From IMG/VR virus record IMGVR_UViG_3300037991_002334, positions 1-25,458 of that record: a DNA stretch of 25,458 bases; one strand, 5' to 3'. The notes beneath the pieces were generated by a model. The model saw only the letters and a list, made by a program, of their open reading frames with translations. It was not told the DNA's origin and did not search any database. The position numbers and the translations under genes were made by a program. Position 1 is the first letter of the stretch; every line of letters begins with the position of its first letter. The DNA is from a virus. Taxonomy: Duplodnaviria > Caudoviricetes. Below are positions 18,268-25,458 of this stretch, piece by piece.

Positions 18268-18793
18268 AAATGTATTGTCCTATTTTTTCATGACCGATTG
18301 CTGATGGATGACGATCAGCATCACTAATAAAGTCTTCATTAGCTTTAAATTCAGCTTTGCTAAAAAATCCTATTGTATTACCTTGAACATTATCTCTATC
18401 TTTCGGATAAAGTTCTATCATTTGAAAACTATGATATTCTATACCTTTAGTTTTACAAACTAGTTCCATCAGTTCTTTATAGTTATTAGTTTTTTCGATA
18501 TGATAATCTATATCACCTCGTATATCTAATCTATCATTTTTCCAATTGCCACGAACCTTATAATCACGTCTATCTGATTTTGACCATGCAGCAATTACCA
18601 TATCTGGATTATTATCTTTTAAATAATTATATAGACTAGTAAAAATATATTCATTGCCAGCACCTCCCATAGCAATGTTTGTTAATTCATAACCGAGTTT
18701 ATCTGCGACATAATTACACCAACGTTTTTTAATGCCGTCTCTTTTAAAATTATCTTCTGTAAAACTGCATCCGCCGACTAATAATTTTTTCAT
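18254..18793 (-). CDS. SGNH/GDSL-like hydrolase or acyltransferase
   Basis: Block I 'GGCSFT', block II 'NIAMGGAGN' and C-terminal 'DRHPSAIGH'. Confidence 0.72.
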   Translation of the reverse strand: MKKLLVGGCSFTEDNFKRDGIKKRWCNYVADKLGYELTNIAMGGAGNEYIFTSLYNYLKDNNPDMVIAAWSKSDRRDYKVRGNWKNDRLDIRGDIDYHIEKTNNYKELMELVCKTKGIEYHSFQMIELYPKDRDNVQGNTIGFFSKAEFKANEDFISDADRHPSAIGHEKIGQYIYENL

Positions 18794-19608
18794 AATACAG
18801 TTCCAGCCTCCATGATTTTTAAGATCTGTTCATTTGGGCGTCGTTCTACAAATTCAGTACAGGTCTTACAATAGTCTTCAAATTCAAACAATTCAAAGTT
18901 CATCATCTTTTGTAAGTTTTCATATGTAGGCTCAAAGAGCCTTGATCCTTTAATAACTTTTTTACTACAATGCCTAATCATTTTAAGTTCAAAGTCTATG
19001 ACGGGTACCTTAGGAAATGCTGCACACATACGTCTATCAAACTCAGGTGCTTGAGAAGTCTTGCCCCATTCTGGTGATCTGCTATTAAACTCTTTTAGTA
19101 TTGTATTCTTATGATCGATCTCAGGCAGGTCAAAATTATCTCTATAATTAAAATAGCCCGGTGTCTTGATAATTAGATTATAATTATTTAAATCATTTTC
19201 TTCGAAGAATGGATAGTTACCTAACTTCTCTATCTTGTCTTCATGGAAATCAAGTACGAGATGCTCTACATAATATATGTTTGGATCTTCAAGGACATAC
19301 GGATGAAACTTACGTACAAGAGAATTTGATAGAACAGATAGCTTTACATTATCGTATTCTTTTATTTTGGCAATAACTTCTTTTAGATTCTTAATGAGAC
19401 CGGGTTCTCCACCAAGTAAATTCACGTTTACTCTATAGCCTTCAAAACCATTGAGTGTATTAGTAAGAAACTTCATGTCAACATGCAAGTTACGCATCTC
19501 TAGTGTCCATGCTGTACAATAATGACATGATTTATTACAGGATTTAGATAGATAAAAATCTACACCTAAATATCCTTGTTCTCTAATATCTTGAATAGAA
19601 GGTATCAT
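18790..19608 (-). CDS. Radical SAM protein with a short C-terminal Cys (twitch-like) extension
   Basis: CxxxCxxC 'CNKSCHYC', 'LLGGEPG', 'SN', and C-terminal 'MC..HC..CKTC'. Confidence 0.88.
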   Translation of the reverse strand: MIPSIQDIREQGYLGVDFYLSKSCNKSCHYCTAWTLEMRNLHVDMKFLTNTLNGFEGYRVNVNLLGGEPGLIKNLKEVIAKIKEYDNVKLSVLSNSLVRKFHPYVLEDPNIYYVEHLVLDFHEDKIEKLGNYPFFEENDLNNYNLIIKTPGYFNYRDNFDLPEIDHKNTILKEFNSRSPEWGKTSQAPEFDRRMCAAFPKVPVIDFELKMIRHCSKKVIKGSRLFEPTYENLQKMMNFELFEFEDYCKTCTEFVERRPNEQILKIMEAGTVL

Positions 19609-19988
19609 GTTTCTCTTTGTTGTGTAATTTCACCGTCTTTATAAAAAGTTTCTTTTTTATGTTGAGGAGTTTCTCTTTTTTTACAAACTATATGACACAT
19701 AGGAAAGCCTATTCCTTTTCCTAACTTTTCATAAAATTCAATCCATTCATCAGTTAAAAGTATTTCATCAATACTATCGTAATCATATATTCTACTAGCA
19801 AGCAATAATTGTCCATATTCTATATCTTTTCTATTGACTTGATTATCAAGCCAACAGCATGGAATAAGTTCCATTCTATTTGTAATAGCATAAGATTCCT
19901 GTCTACGATCGAAACATTTAGGATCTAGTTCAGACCTTTGGTCTATTTGATCTATCTCAGGTCCTTCGTATTTAACTTCTTCTGCCAT
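19605..19988 (-). CDS. Stand-alone SPASM/twitch-like Fe-S domain protein
   Basis: 'PKC..YAITNRMELIPCCW..SIDEIL..W..CHIVC'; no CxxxCxxC radical SAM core. Confidence 0.7.
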   Translation of the reverse strand: MAEEVKYEGPEIDQIDQRSELDPKCFDRRQESYAITNRMELIPCCWLDNQVNRKDIEYGQLLLASRIYDYDSIDEILLTDEWIEFYEKLGKGIGFPMCHIVCKKRETPQHKKETFYKDGEITQQRET

Positions 19989-20656
19989 TATAACCTCAAT
20001 GCATATTCTGAAGATGGTTTTAAAGGATCGCCATTACTCAACCATCTTGATGAACTAATAACAGCAAAATCAACCCCTAAATCAGACGCCATATCTCTAC
20101 ATGTGTCAATATCGTTTTCATTAAATTTAAACACAATCATTTGCCAAATTGGTGGATCTTCTAAATATTTTTTTCCTAATTTTAAAATTTCTATCATCTT
20201 ATCACCATCTTGATTTATACGATATTTAGGACTATCTTTTGGTAATCCATCAAGGCCGATCCACCATTTTGCTCTTGGATTTGCTTTAAAAGCTTTAGGA
20301 TACCACCTAAGTGGTTTACCGCCTGATGCATGATGAACAGATACAGATCTAGGTCTAACTTCTACATCTACTTGATTCCTTAAATAAAAGGAATGCGTAT
20401 GTTCTAAAAATTCTATAAATTTTGGATGATGAACAGGATCAGATACTTGGCCACAAAAGTTTATGTGTTTAAACCGTTCTGTAACTTTTTCAAATTCTTC
20501 AAATGGCATATCACTGCCTGGAACCTTTAATCCTTTTTCAGTGAACGATGAGAATCTTTGACATCTAGGACATTCTAATGGACACCGATGGGTAATATCT
20601 AAATTTACCCCCTGGCGCCTCATCATATATGTTAGACCATTAGTATCGTCTGGCAT
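19988..20656 (-). CDS. Radical SAM protein (core only)
   Basis: 'NLDITHRCPLECPRCQR' CxxxCxxC, 'FCGQVSDP', 'GLDGL..YR' and 'WQMIVFKFNE'. The true start may be ATG 20626, just after the upstream stop. Confidence 0.88.
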   Translation of the reverse strand: MPDDTNGLTYMMRRQGVNLDITHRCPLECPRCQRFSSFTEKGLKVPGSDMPFEEFEKVTERFKHINFCGQVSDPVHHPKFIEFLEHTHSFYLRNQVDVEVRPRSVSVHHASGGKPLRWYPKAFKANPRAKWWIGLDGLPKDSPKYRINQDGDKMIEILKLGKKYLEDPPIWQMIVFKFNENDIDTCRDMASDLGVDFAVISSSRWLSNGDPLKPSSEYALRL

Positions 20657-21717
20657 AGTTTATCGATCTCTTCTTCTGTTAACCATGGGTGAATAGGTAA
20701 TGACATTACTGTATTAGCAGCAATCTCAGCATTAGGTGTCATATCATTACGATAGTCTGTATTATTGTACAATCCGTTTGCATATAATAGTTTTTCGTAA
20801 TGAATAGACGGATTAAATCTTAAGACATCTTTGACTGTATCTTTAATTCTTTTACGTTTGTTCTTTGTTTCACATCTCATCACAAACTTATGCCAGTTAT
20901 TTATGTTACCAGGTTTTGGCATCTTAGGTACAATAAAATCTTCGCCCAATTCGTCAATATAAAATTGTGCAATCTCATTTCGTTGCTCAGTCCATTTATC
21001 TAATTGTGTTAGTCTATATGAAATAACATCTGCATTTGTAATAAACATCTTTGAGTTTGTACCTAGAACCTCAAAGTCTTTATCTTTACCGTGACGTCTA
21101 ACCTTACGTACGTATTTAGCAAAGTCTTCATTATCGGTCATAAACATACCGCCGCCTGAAATACCTGCCACAACTTTATTACCGTTAAAACTAAATGATG
21201 AACAATCACCGATAGAACCTGCTGGTCGACCTTCGTATTTACAGCCAATAGTCTGTGCAGAATCTTCAATAAAGAACATACCGTATTGTTTACATAGTTC
21301 CTCGATCTCTGTTGTATCAGTCATGTTGCCATATAAATGCGTATAGATGACAGCTTTTGTTTTAGGTGTCATCATACGTTGCACACTATTTGCTGATAGA
21401 TGATAAGTATCTAATCCAATATCACAGAAAACTGGAGTTGCTCCGACCATGTTAATACAAGTCGAAGATGAAATCCATGAGAAACTAGATACGATTACTT
21501 CATCGCCTGGTCCAATACCACATGCTTCTAATGAAAAACGTAAAGCATCAGTAGCGCTGTTGACAGCAACTGCATACTTTCTACCAGTTATTTCTTTGAT
21601 TTGTGATTCTAATTCTTCTGTACTACCTTCAACTTCTTTGACCATTGCTTTATCAAAGATTTCGTAATACTTAGATTTGTTTTCAAGATAATCAATATCC
21701 CATCCGTTGTAATTCAT
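20632..21717 (-). CDS. DegT/DnrJ/EryC1/StrS family PLP-dependent sugar aminotransferase
   Basis: 'AVNSATDAL', 'GPGDEVI', 'GATPVFCD', 'IEDSAQ', 'SFNGNK' (PLP lysine) and 'SLPIHPWL'. Confidence 0.95.
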   Translation of the reverse strand: MNYNGWDIDYLENKSKYYEIFDKAMVKEVEGSTEELESQIKEITGRKYAVAVNSATDALRFSLEACGIGPGDEVIVSSFSWISSSTCINMVGATPVFCDIGLDTYHLSANSVQRMMTPKTKAVIYTHLYGNMTDTTEIEELCKQYGMFFIEDSAQTIGCKYEGRPAGSIGDCSSFSFNGNKVVAGISGGGMFMTDNEDFAKYVRKVRRHGKDKDFEVLGTNSKMFITNADVISYRLTQLDKWTEQRNEIAQFYIDELGEDFIVPKMPKPGNINNWHKFVMRCETKNKRKRIKDTVKDVLRFNPSIHYEKLLYANGLYNNTDYRNDMTPNAEIAANTVMSLPIHPWLTEEEIDKLCQTILMV

Positions 21718-22555
21718 TATAAGCCTCTATTATAGGTTGTATGTCAGGGGTTTGTGGATCACGATTCCAATAAACAGAACCACCATCTATACCATCAAAG
21801 TTTCTCAAATATATAATATCTTTATTGTAGTATTTACATTCCATGAACAGACGAGGTGCTGGGTCAAAAGTTCTTTTATTATAAACATAAGTCTCAAATA
21901 TTCCGAGCACATTATCTACTGGACAAAATATATTATTCCAATCTCTATTTATATAGTCCTCATCATATGATAAAATTCCATGATCTGGATAGTTAGGTAC
22001 TATTTCTAAAAGCTCTGAGTAATATTCTCTATTAGTACCTAAGAACAGATGATTAAATTGTACATCATTTATAGGGTCTTTGTACATACTAAAGTTAATA
22101 GTTTTTTCAAAATGTTTACCTATACCATCAGGATAAACATCTGTGTCACATAAATCATATACGTTCTTTGTTTTAAAATGTTCTAGTGCAAGTCCATAAG
22201 AATCATTATCGTTAGTACTATAAACAGAAATAAGTTTACCTGAAAAAAGAAGGTGAGTAAGTAGTCTACGATCTTCATCATATAAATGCCTTTCTCTATA
22301 TGGTATTGATATCATACTTCGGCCAAGAATCATTGTTACATCATCATCCTCAGGCCAACAATCGTTGATCTCTACATTTTTAACATATATGTATTTTTTT
22401 TCTAGTGAATCTAAATAATGCTGAGGTTTGTAATTACCTCTAGTAATAATTACAACTTGAGCTTCAATGCCGACATCATTAAGCATACAGCAATATTCAT
22501 AACTATAATGTAGTAAGCCATCAACTGGCTTACTCGTAACTACAATGTTTATCAA
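21692..22555 (-). CDS. Putative divergent GT-B fold glycosyltransferase
   Basis: N-terminal 'DGLLHYSYEYCCMLNDVGIEAQVV' and C-terminal 'YVY..FDPAPRLFMECKYYNKDII' resemble GT4 motifs (E.FG...LEA...G.PVI). TTG start overlaps the upstream TGA. Confidence 0.45.
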   Translation of the reverse strand: MINIVVTSKPVDGLLHYSYEYCCMLNDVGIEAQVVIITRGNYKPQHYLDSLEKKYIYVKNVEINDCWPEDDDVTMILGRSMISIPYRERHLYDEDRRLLTHLLFSGKLISVYSTNDNDSYGLALEHFKTKNVYDLCDTDVYPDGIGKHFEKTINFSMYKDPINDVQFNHLFLGTNREYYSELLEIVPNYPDHGILSYDEDYINRDWNNIFCPVDNVLGIFETYVYNKRTFDPAPRLFMECKYYNKDIIYLRNFDGIDGGSVYWNRDPQTPDIQPIIEAYNELQRMGY

Positions 22556-23292
22556 GTCTCAAATGCCCATTGTTTCTCATGACACCAGAAGCATTGACCG
22601 CATGGTTCAGTATAGTAATTTGTTTCGTCTGGAAATCCAACACAAGAGCTAGTAAATGGATATAAAGTTTCCATAAGATTGTTATCTTTATATACGCCAG
22701 CAACAAACTTTTTATCTACATTTATATACGGTTGATAAATGACGTGTTTCCAAGGGTTTTGTGTTTTATCATCACGTCGGCGTTCTGCTACATCATAGAA
22801 TCCATACTTCTTTTGTTCTTCTATGGGAGGATTACCTGTCATTCCAGTCATCATTAATGCATTAGGATATTTTTGTCTAAGATCGTTTTCATGTTTTCTT
22901 TTCATTAGAATCTTAACTAAGCCTGATGTTGTAAGAGCTCTGCCAACTTTTGTTCCATCAGGCATCTCTACCATTTCTTCTTCCCATTTTTCTTCTGCAA
23001 GCTTGCGCCATTCAGGATCATTTATATCAAATGTAAATACTTCATGTTTATCTATTTTATTATCTGGAAATGTTTCTCTCATAAATTGAATTACATCCAA
23101 TGAGCACTCATAGTCAAAAGGTGCAGTAACATCACGACCTGTATAAGGAGTTACTTTTATAGATGGAAAGTTTTTACATATTAGATAAAATAGAGAAGCC
23201 GAGTCTAATCCACCAGAAACAGCAAGTAGTACGTGATCTGGAATTTTTTTATCGAATAGGTCTATCGTTTGATTGCCATACGTATGTTTCAT
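22552..23292 (-). CDS. QueC-like PP-loop ATPase (adenylating amidotransferase/nitrile synthase fold)
   Basis: PP-loop 'VSGGLDSA' and Zn-site-like 'TSSC..PCGQCFWCHEK'. Confidence 0.78.
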   Translation of the reverse strand: MKHTYGNQTIDLFDKKIPDHVLLAVSGGLDSASLFYLICKNFPSIKVTPYTGRDVTAPFDYECSLDVIQFMRETFPDNKIDKHEVFTFDINDPEWRKLAEEKWEEEMVEMPDGTKVGRALTTSGLVKILMKRKHENDLRQKYPNALMMTGMTGNPPIEEQKKYGFYDVAERRRDDKTQNPWKHVIYQPYINVDKKFVAGVYKDNNLMETLYPFTSSCVGFPDETNYYTEPCGQCFWCHEKQWAFET

Positions 23293-23294
23293 AA

Positions 23295-24740
23295 TTATCC
23301 TTCATAATATTCTTCTAGTTCAGGAAATTCTTCAAATAGATGCATTTCCCATTTTGTACCTACATAAGCTGCATCTTGCTTAAGTAAGTATTTAATTGTA
23401 TCCTGTATATTAACATCATTTTCTGGTGGAAGTGCTAGCGCGTGTTGAATATCTGGATAATCTTCATATAATGGCATTAGCTTCTGTTTAATTGCAAAGG
23501 GCAAGTTGTTAACCCTTAAATGCTTAGGTTGTTCAAGCATAGCCCAGTTGATTTGATGTATTTTAGGATTATTAGTACAATAGTCAATTACTTTATTAAA
23601 TCGCATAACACTTAAAAATGATACGAGTCCATTAAAATCGACGACGACATTATCATATGCATTACATGTATCAATGTTTCTTTCTACTTCATCCCACTCT
23701 GTTCTACGTCTCATATATTCTATATCTCTACCGATTCCATCGATTGATGCAACCATAGCTACGTTTTTAAAATGTGGAATATAATCAAATATATTATGTT
23801 TACCAGCTTGCATCTTAGTAAAATTAGTTTGATATTTTAAATGTATTTCTTTTGAGTGTCCAGATTCTATGAGAAGCTTTAGCATTTCGTATTGCTTTTT
23901 CATAATTAGAGGTTCACCACCAATAACTTTTACGCTACGAGTATATGGGGCTAACTCAATAATCTGTTCCATTATACCCTTAGTACGATCTTTTACTACG
24001 TGGTCAATATATCTTTTACGAAAGTCATCATTTGGACCAAATATTTCATCTTGCCAGACATCATGCTTATTTGCCATTTCCCATCTCATAGTTGAGTTTG
24101 CATGCATGCACATATGACAATCTAGATTACATTCAGATCCAAATACTTTAAGTTGTATTTCACAAATACGTTCACTAAAATAATATTCACCTGTTTGTTT
24201 ATAAAATCTAGCTGTTCTCTCAATGCCATCCCAAAAGTCTGGATCATTAGTATGCATCTTCATGCAATTAGTTCGACGGGATCTGCCATATCTTCTTTCG
24301 TCATCCCTGCATCTTTTACAAGTTTGATCTACATTTTCAAAGTTAGAATTAGGGTCAAGCATTTCACTGCGAATGTTATTCATATATTCGCTTTCTTCCA
24401 TCCATTCTTTTAATGGAACTTTTTCAACGCTTACTCCTGATGAAGCTCCAAAACAACACGCTTGGTATTGCCCATCGATTTCTGAATATACTTGAGTAAA
24501 TGGAATTGAGCAAAACCATATAGACTTATCTTTTGTTTTTGCTGTAATAGATTCAGGATCATCTAAGATCTTTTGCCCTGATTCAGACATTTTTACAAAC
24601 CATGCCGAAGTGTCATATTCACCAGGTTGAGTTTTATCGCCTGGTCCGCCTCGCTTCATATTATCCAGTATAACCTTTTCACCCTCTTCATCATTGATAA
24701 AAATTGGGTTATGCTCTCGGTCGCTAACAAGTTTCTTCAT
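23295..24740 (-). CDS. Radical SAM protein with an N-terminal twitch/SPASM-like domain
   Basis: N-terminal 'FCSIPF..QACC..CKRC'; core 'CNLDCHMC', 'IGGEPL', 'YQTN', 'SIDG'; SD-like AGAGAAG upstream. Confidence 0.9.
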   Translation of the reverse strand: MKKLVSDREHNPIFINDEEGEKVILDNMKRGGPGDKTQPGEYDTSAWFVKMSESGQKILDDPESITAKTKDKSIWFCSIPFTQVYSEIDGQYQACCFGASSGVSVEKVPLKEWMEESEYMNNIRSEMLDPNSNFENVDQTCKRCRDDERRYGRSRRTNCMKMHTNDPDFWDGIERTARFYKQTGEYYFSERICEIQLKVFGSECNLDCHMCMHANSTMRWEMANKHDVWQDEIFGPNDDFRKRYIDHVVKDRTKGIMEQIIELAPYTRSVKVIGGEPLIMKKQYEMLKLLIESGHSKEIHLKYQTNFTKMQAGKHNIFDYIPHFKNVAMVASIDGIGRDIEYMRRRTEWDEVERNIDTCNAYDNVVVDFNGLVSFLSVMRFNKVIDYCTNNPKIHQINWAMLEQPKHLRVNNLPFAIKQKLMPLYEDYPDIQHALALPPENDVNIQDTIKYLLKQDAAYVGTKWEMHLFEEFPELEEYYEG

Positions 24741-24749
24741 TTACTTCTC

Positions 24750-24757
24750 TATAAATA
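24750..24757 (+). promoter_or_regulatory. T4-type late promoter for the rightward radical SAM gene
   Basis: Exact TATAAATA, intergenic, 24 nt before ATG 24782. Confidence 0.75.
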
Positions 24758-24774
24758 TAGTTTTTGAACAGGTT

Positions 24775-24782
24775 TATTTATA
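24775..24782 (-). promoter_or_regulatory. T4-type late promoter for the leftward enzyme operon
   Basis: + strand TATTTATA reads TATAAATA on the - strand, 34 nt before ATG 24740. Confidence 0.75.
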
Positions 24783-25458
24783 TGACTCTCCCAATAAAGA
24801 AGGCGGTAATAGAAATATGTGGTTCGTGCAATTATAGCTGTACGTTCTGCCCGCATTCGTTTGAAGAGGGAAGAGAAAAATCATTTAGACGTATGATGAA
24901 TTATGATATGTTTATCAACATGCTTGATCAATTACAAGATTCTGAATGCGAAGAGATTTACCTCGAAGGTTCAGGCGAACCAACAATGAATAAAAAGTTA
25001 CCGGACTTTGTAAAGGCCGGATCAGATCGTGGATTCAAAATGTCATTTATTACAAATGGCTTTTGGTTTAAAGATGATTTGATGAAAAGAACAATTGATG
25101 CCGGGATGCATTTCGCGCGGGTTTCTGTTACGGGTTATAATCCTAAACTTTACAGAGAACAGATGAGTAAGGATGCATTCTATGAAGTAATGGATAATAC
25201 AAATGCCGCTATTGAATACGGCGGTAATATGGGATCATATCATTTAATTCTTGACAATAATAATATTGATTATGAGTGTAGTGAGTATATCGGCAATTGG
25301 ATTCGTCATGTACCTGGAGTCAAAGCGTCTATTTGGAAACAGCATAATTGGTCTGGTCAACTAGATGTTAATTGGCGTAAAGGCAGAAAGAGAAGTTGTG
25401 GCCGACCTTTCTCACCTGATCTTATAGTACGAGCAGGCGGTAATAATGGCCTTCAAGG
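24782..25458 (+). CDS. Radical SAM/SPASM protein, 3'-truncated by the window edge (absent from the ORF track)
   Basis: Manual translation: MTLPIKKAVIEICGSCNYSCTFCPH..LEGSGEPTMN..ITNG..RVSVTG..HNWSG..SCGRPF; frame stays open to the end of the window. Confidence 0.9.
   Translation, partial: MTLPIKKAVIEICGSCNYSCTFCPHSFEEGREKSFRRMMNYDMFINMLDQLQDSECEEIYLEGSGEPTMNKKLPDFVKAGSDRGFKMSFITNGFWFKDDLMKRTIDAGMHFARVSVTGYNPKLYREQMSKDAFYEVMDNTNAAIEYGGNMGSYHLILDNNNIDYECSEYIGNWIRHVPGVKASIWKQHNWSGQLDVNWRKGRKRSCGRPFSPDLIVRAGGNNGLQ

Noticed and set aside
18790-23292. 7-deazaguanine DNA modification pathway (QueC plus QueE)
   Set aside because: No folE, queD or dpdA in the window, the radical SAMs carry auxiliary Cys domains unlike QueE, and the context is sugar tailoring.
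17343-24413. Short + strand ORFs over the enzyme operon
   Set aside because: Shadow frames of motif-bearing - strand genes.
13843-24740. Bacterial LPS/capsule island or chimeric join
   Set aside because: No transporters, polymerase, integrase or IS ends; phage late promoters and a coding overlap with a phage gene tie it to the phage.
1-25458. tRNA, CRISPR array, intron/intein or stop-codon reassignment
   Set aside because: Intergenic gaps are under 50 nt, no repeat arrays or homing-endonuclease motifs were seen, and genes are full length in the standard code with TAA, TGA and TAG all used as stops.

Overview
AT-rich segment of a T4-like (myovirus) phage genome, with an organisation typical of marine T4-like phages; the host cannot be determined from this window. 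The left half (+ strand, 1-13859) is the baseplate/virion module: a probable gp5-like C-terminus, gp25, gp6, a short gp7-like protein, a gp9/gp10-like protein, gp8, a 1674-aa DUF4815/VrlC-type structural protein and four small or fibre-like genes. The right half (- strand, 24740-13843) is a tightly packed 12-gene tailoring operon: three radical SAM enzymes plus a stand-alone SPASM/twitch module, a QueC-like PP-loop ATPase, a DegT-type aminotransferase, an SGNH protein, a NodU/CmcH carbamoyltransferase and four predicted glycosyltransferases, one fused to a methyltransferase-like domain. A fourth radical SAM gene, missing from the ORF track, starts divergently at 24782. Two observations stand out. 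(1) The enzyme operon and the divergent gene are each preceded by a perfect T4 late-promoter box (TATAAATA), arranged face-to-face across a 41-bp gap, the same box that precedes the baseplate genes. (2) Two adjacent virion proteins are strongly enriched in Asp-Ser dipeptides. Together these suggest, as a hypothesis only, a phage-encoded late system that builds an elaborately modified glycan on virion proteins. All product calls rest on motif recognition by eye, not on database searches.
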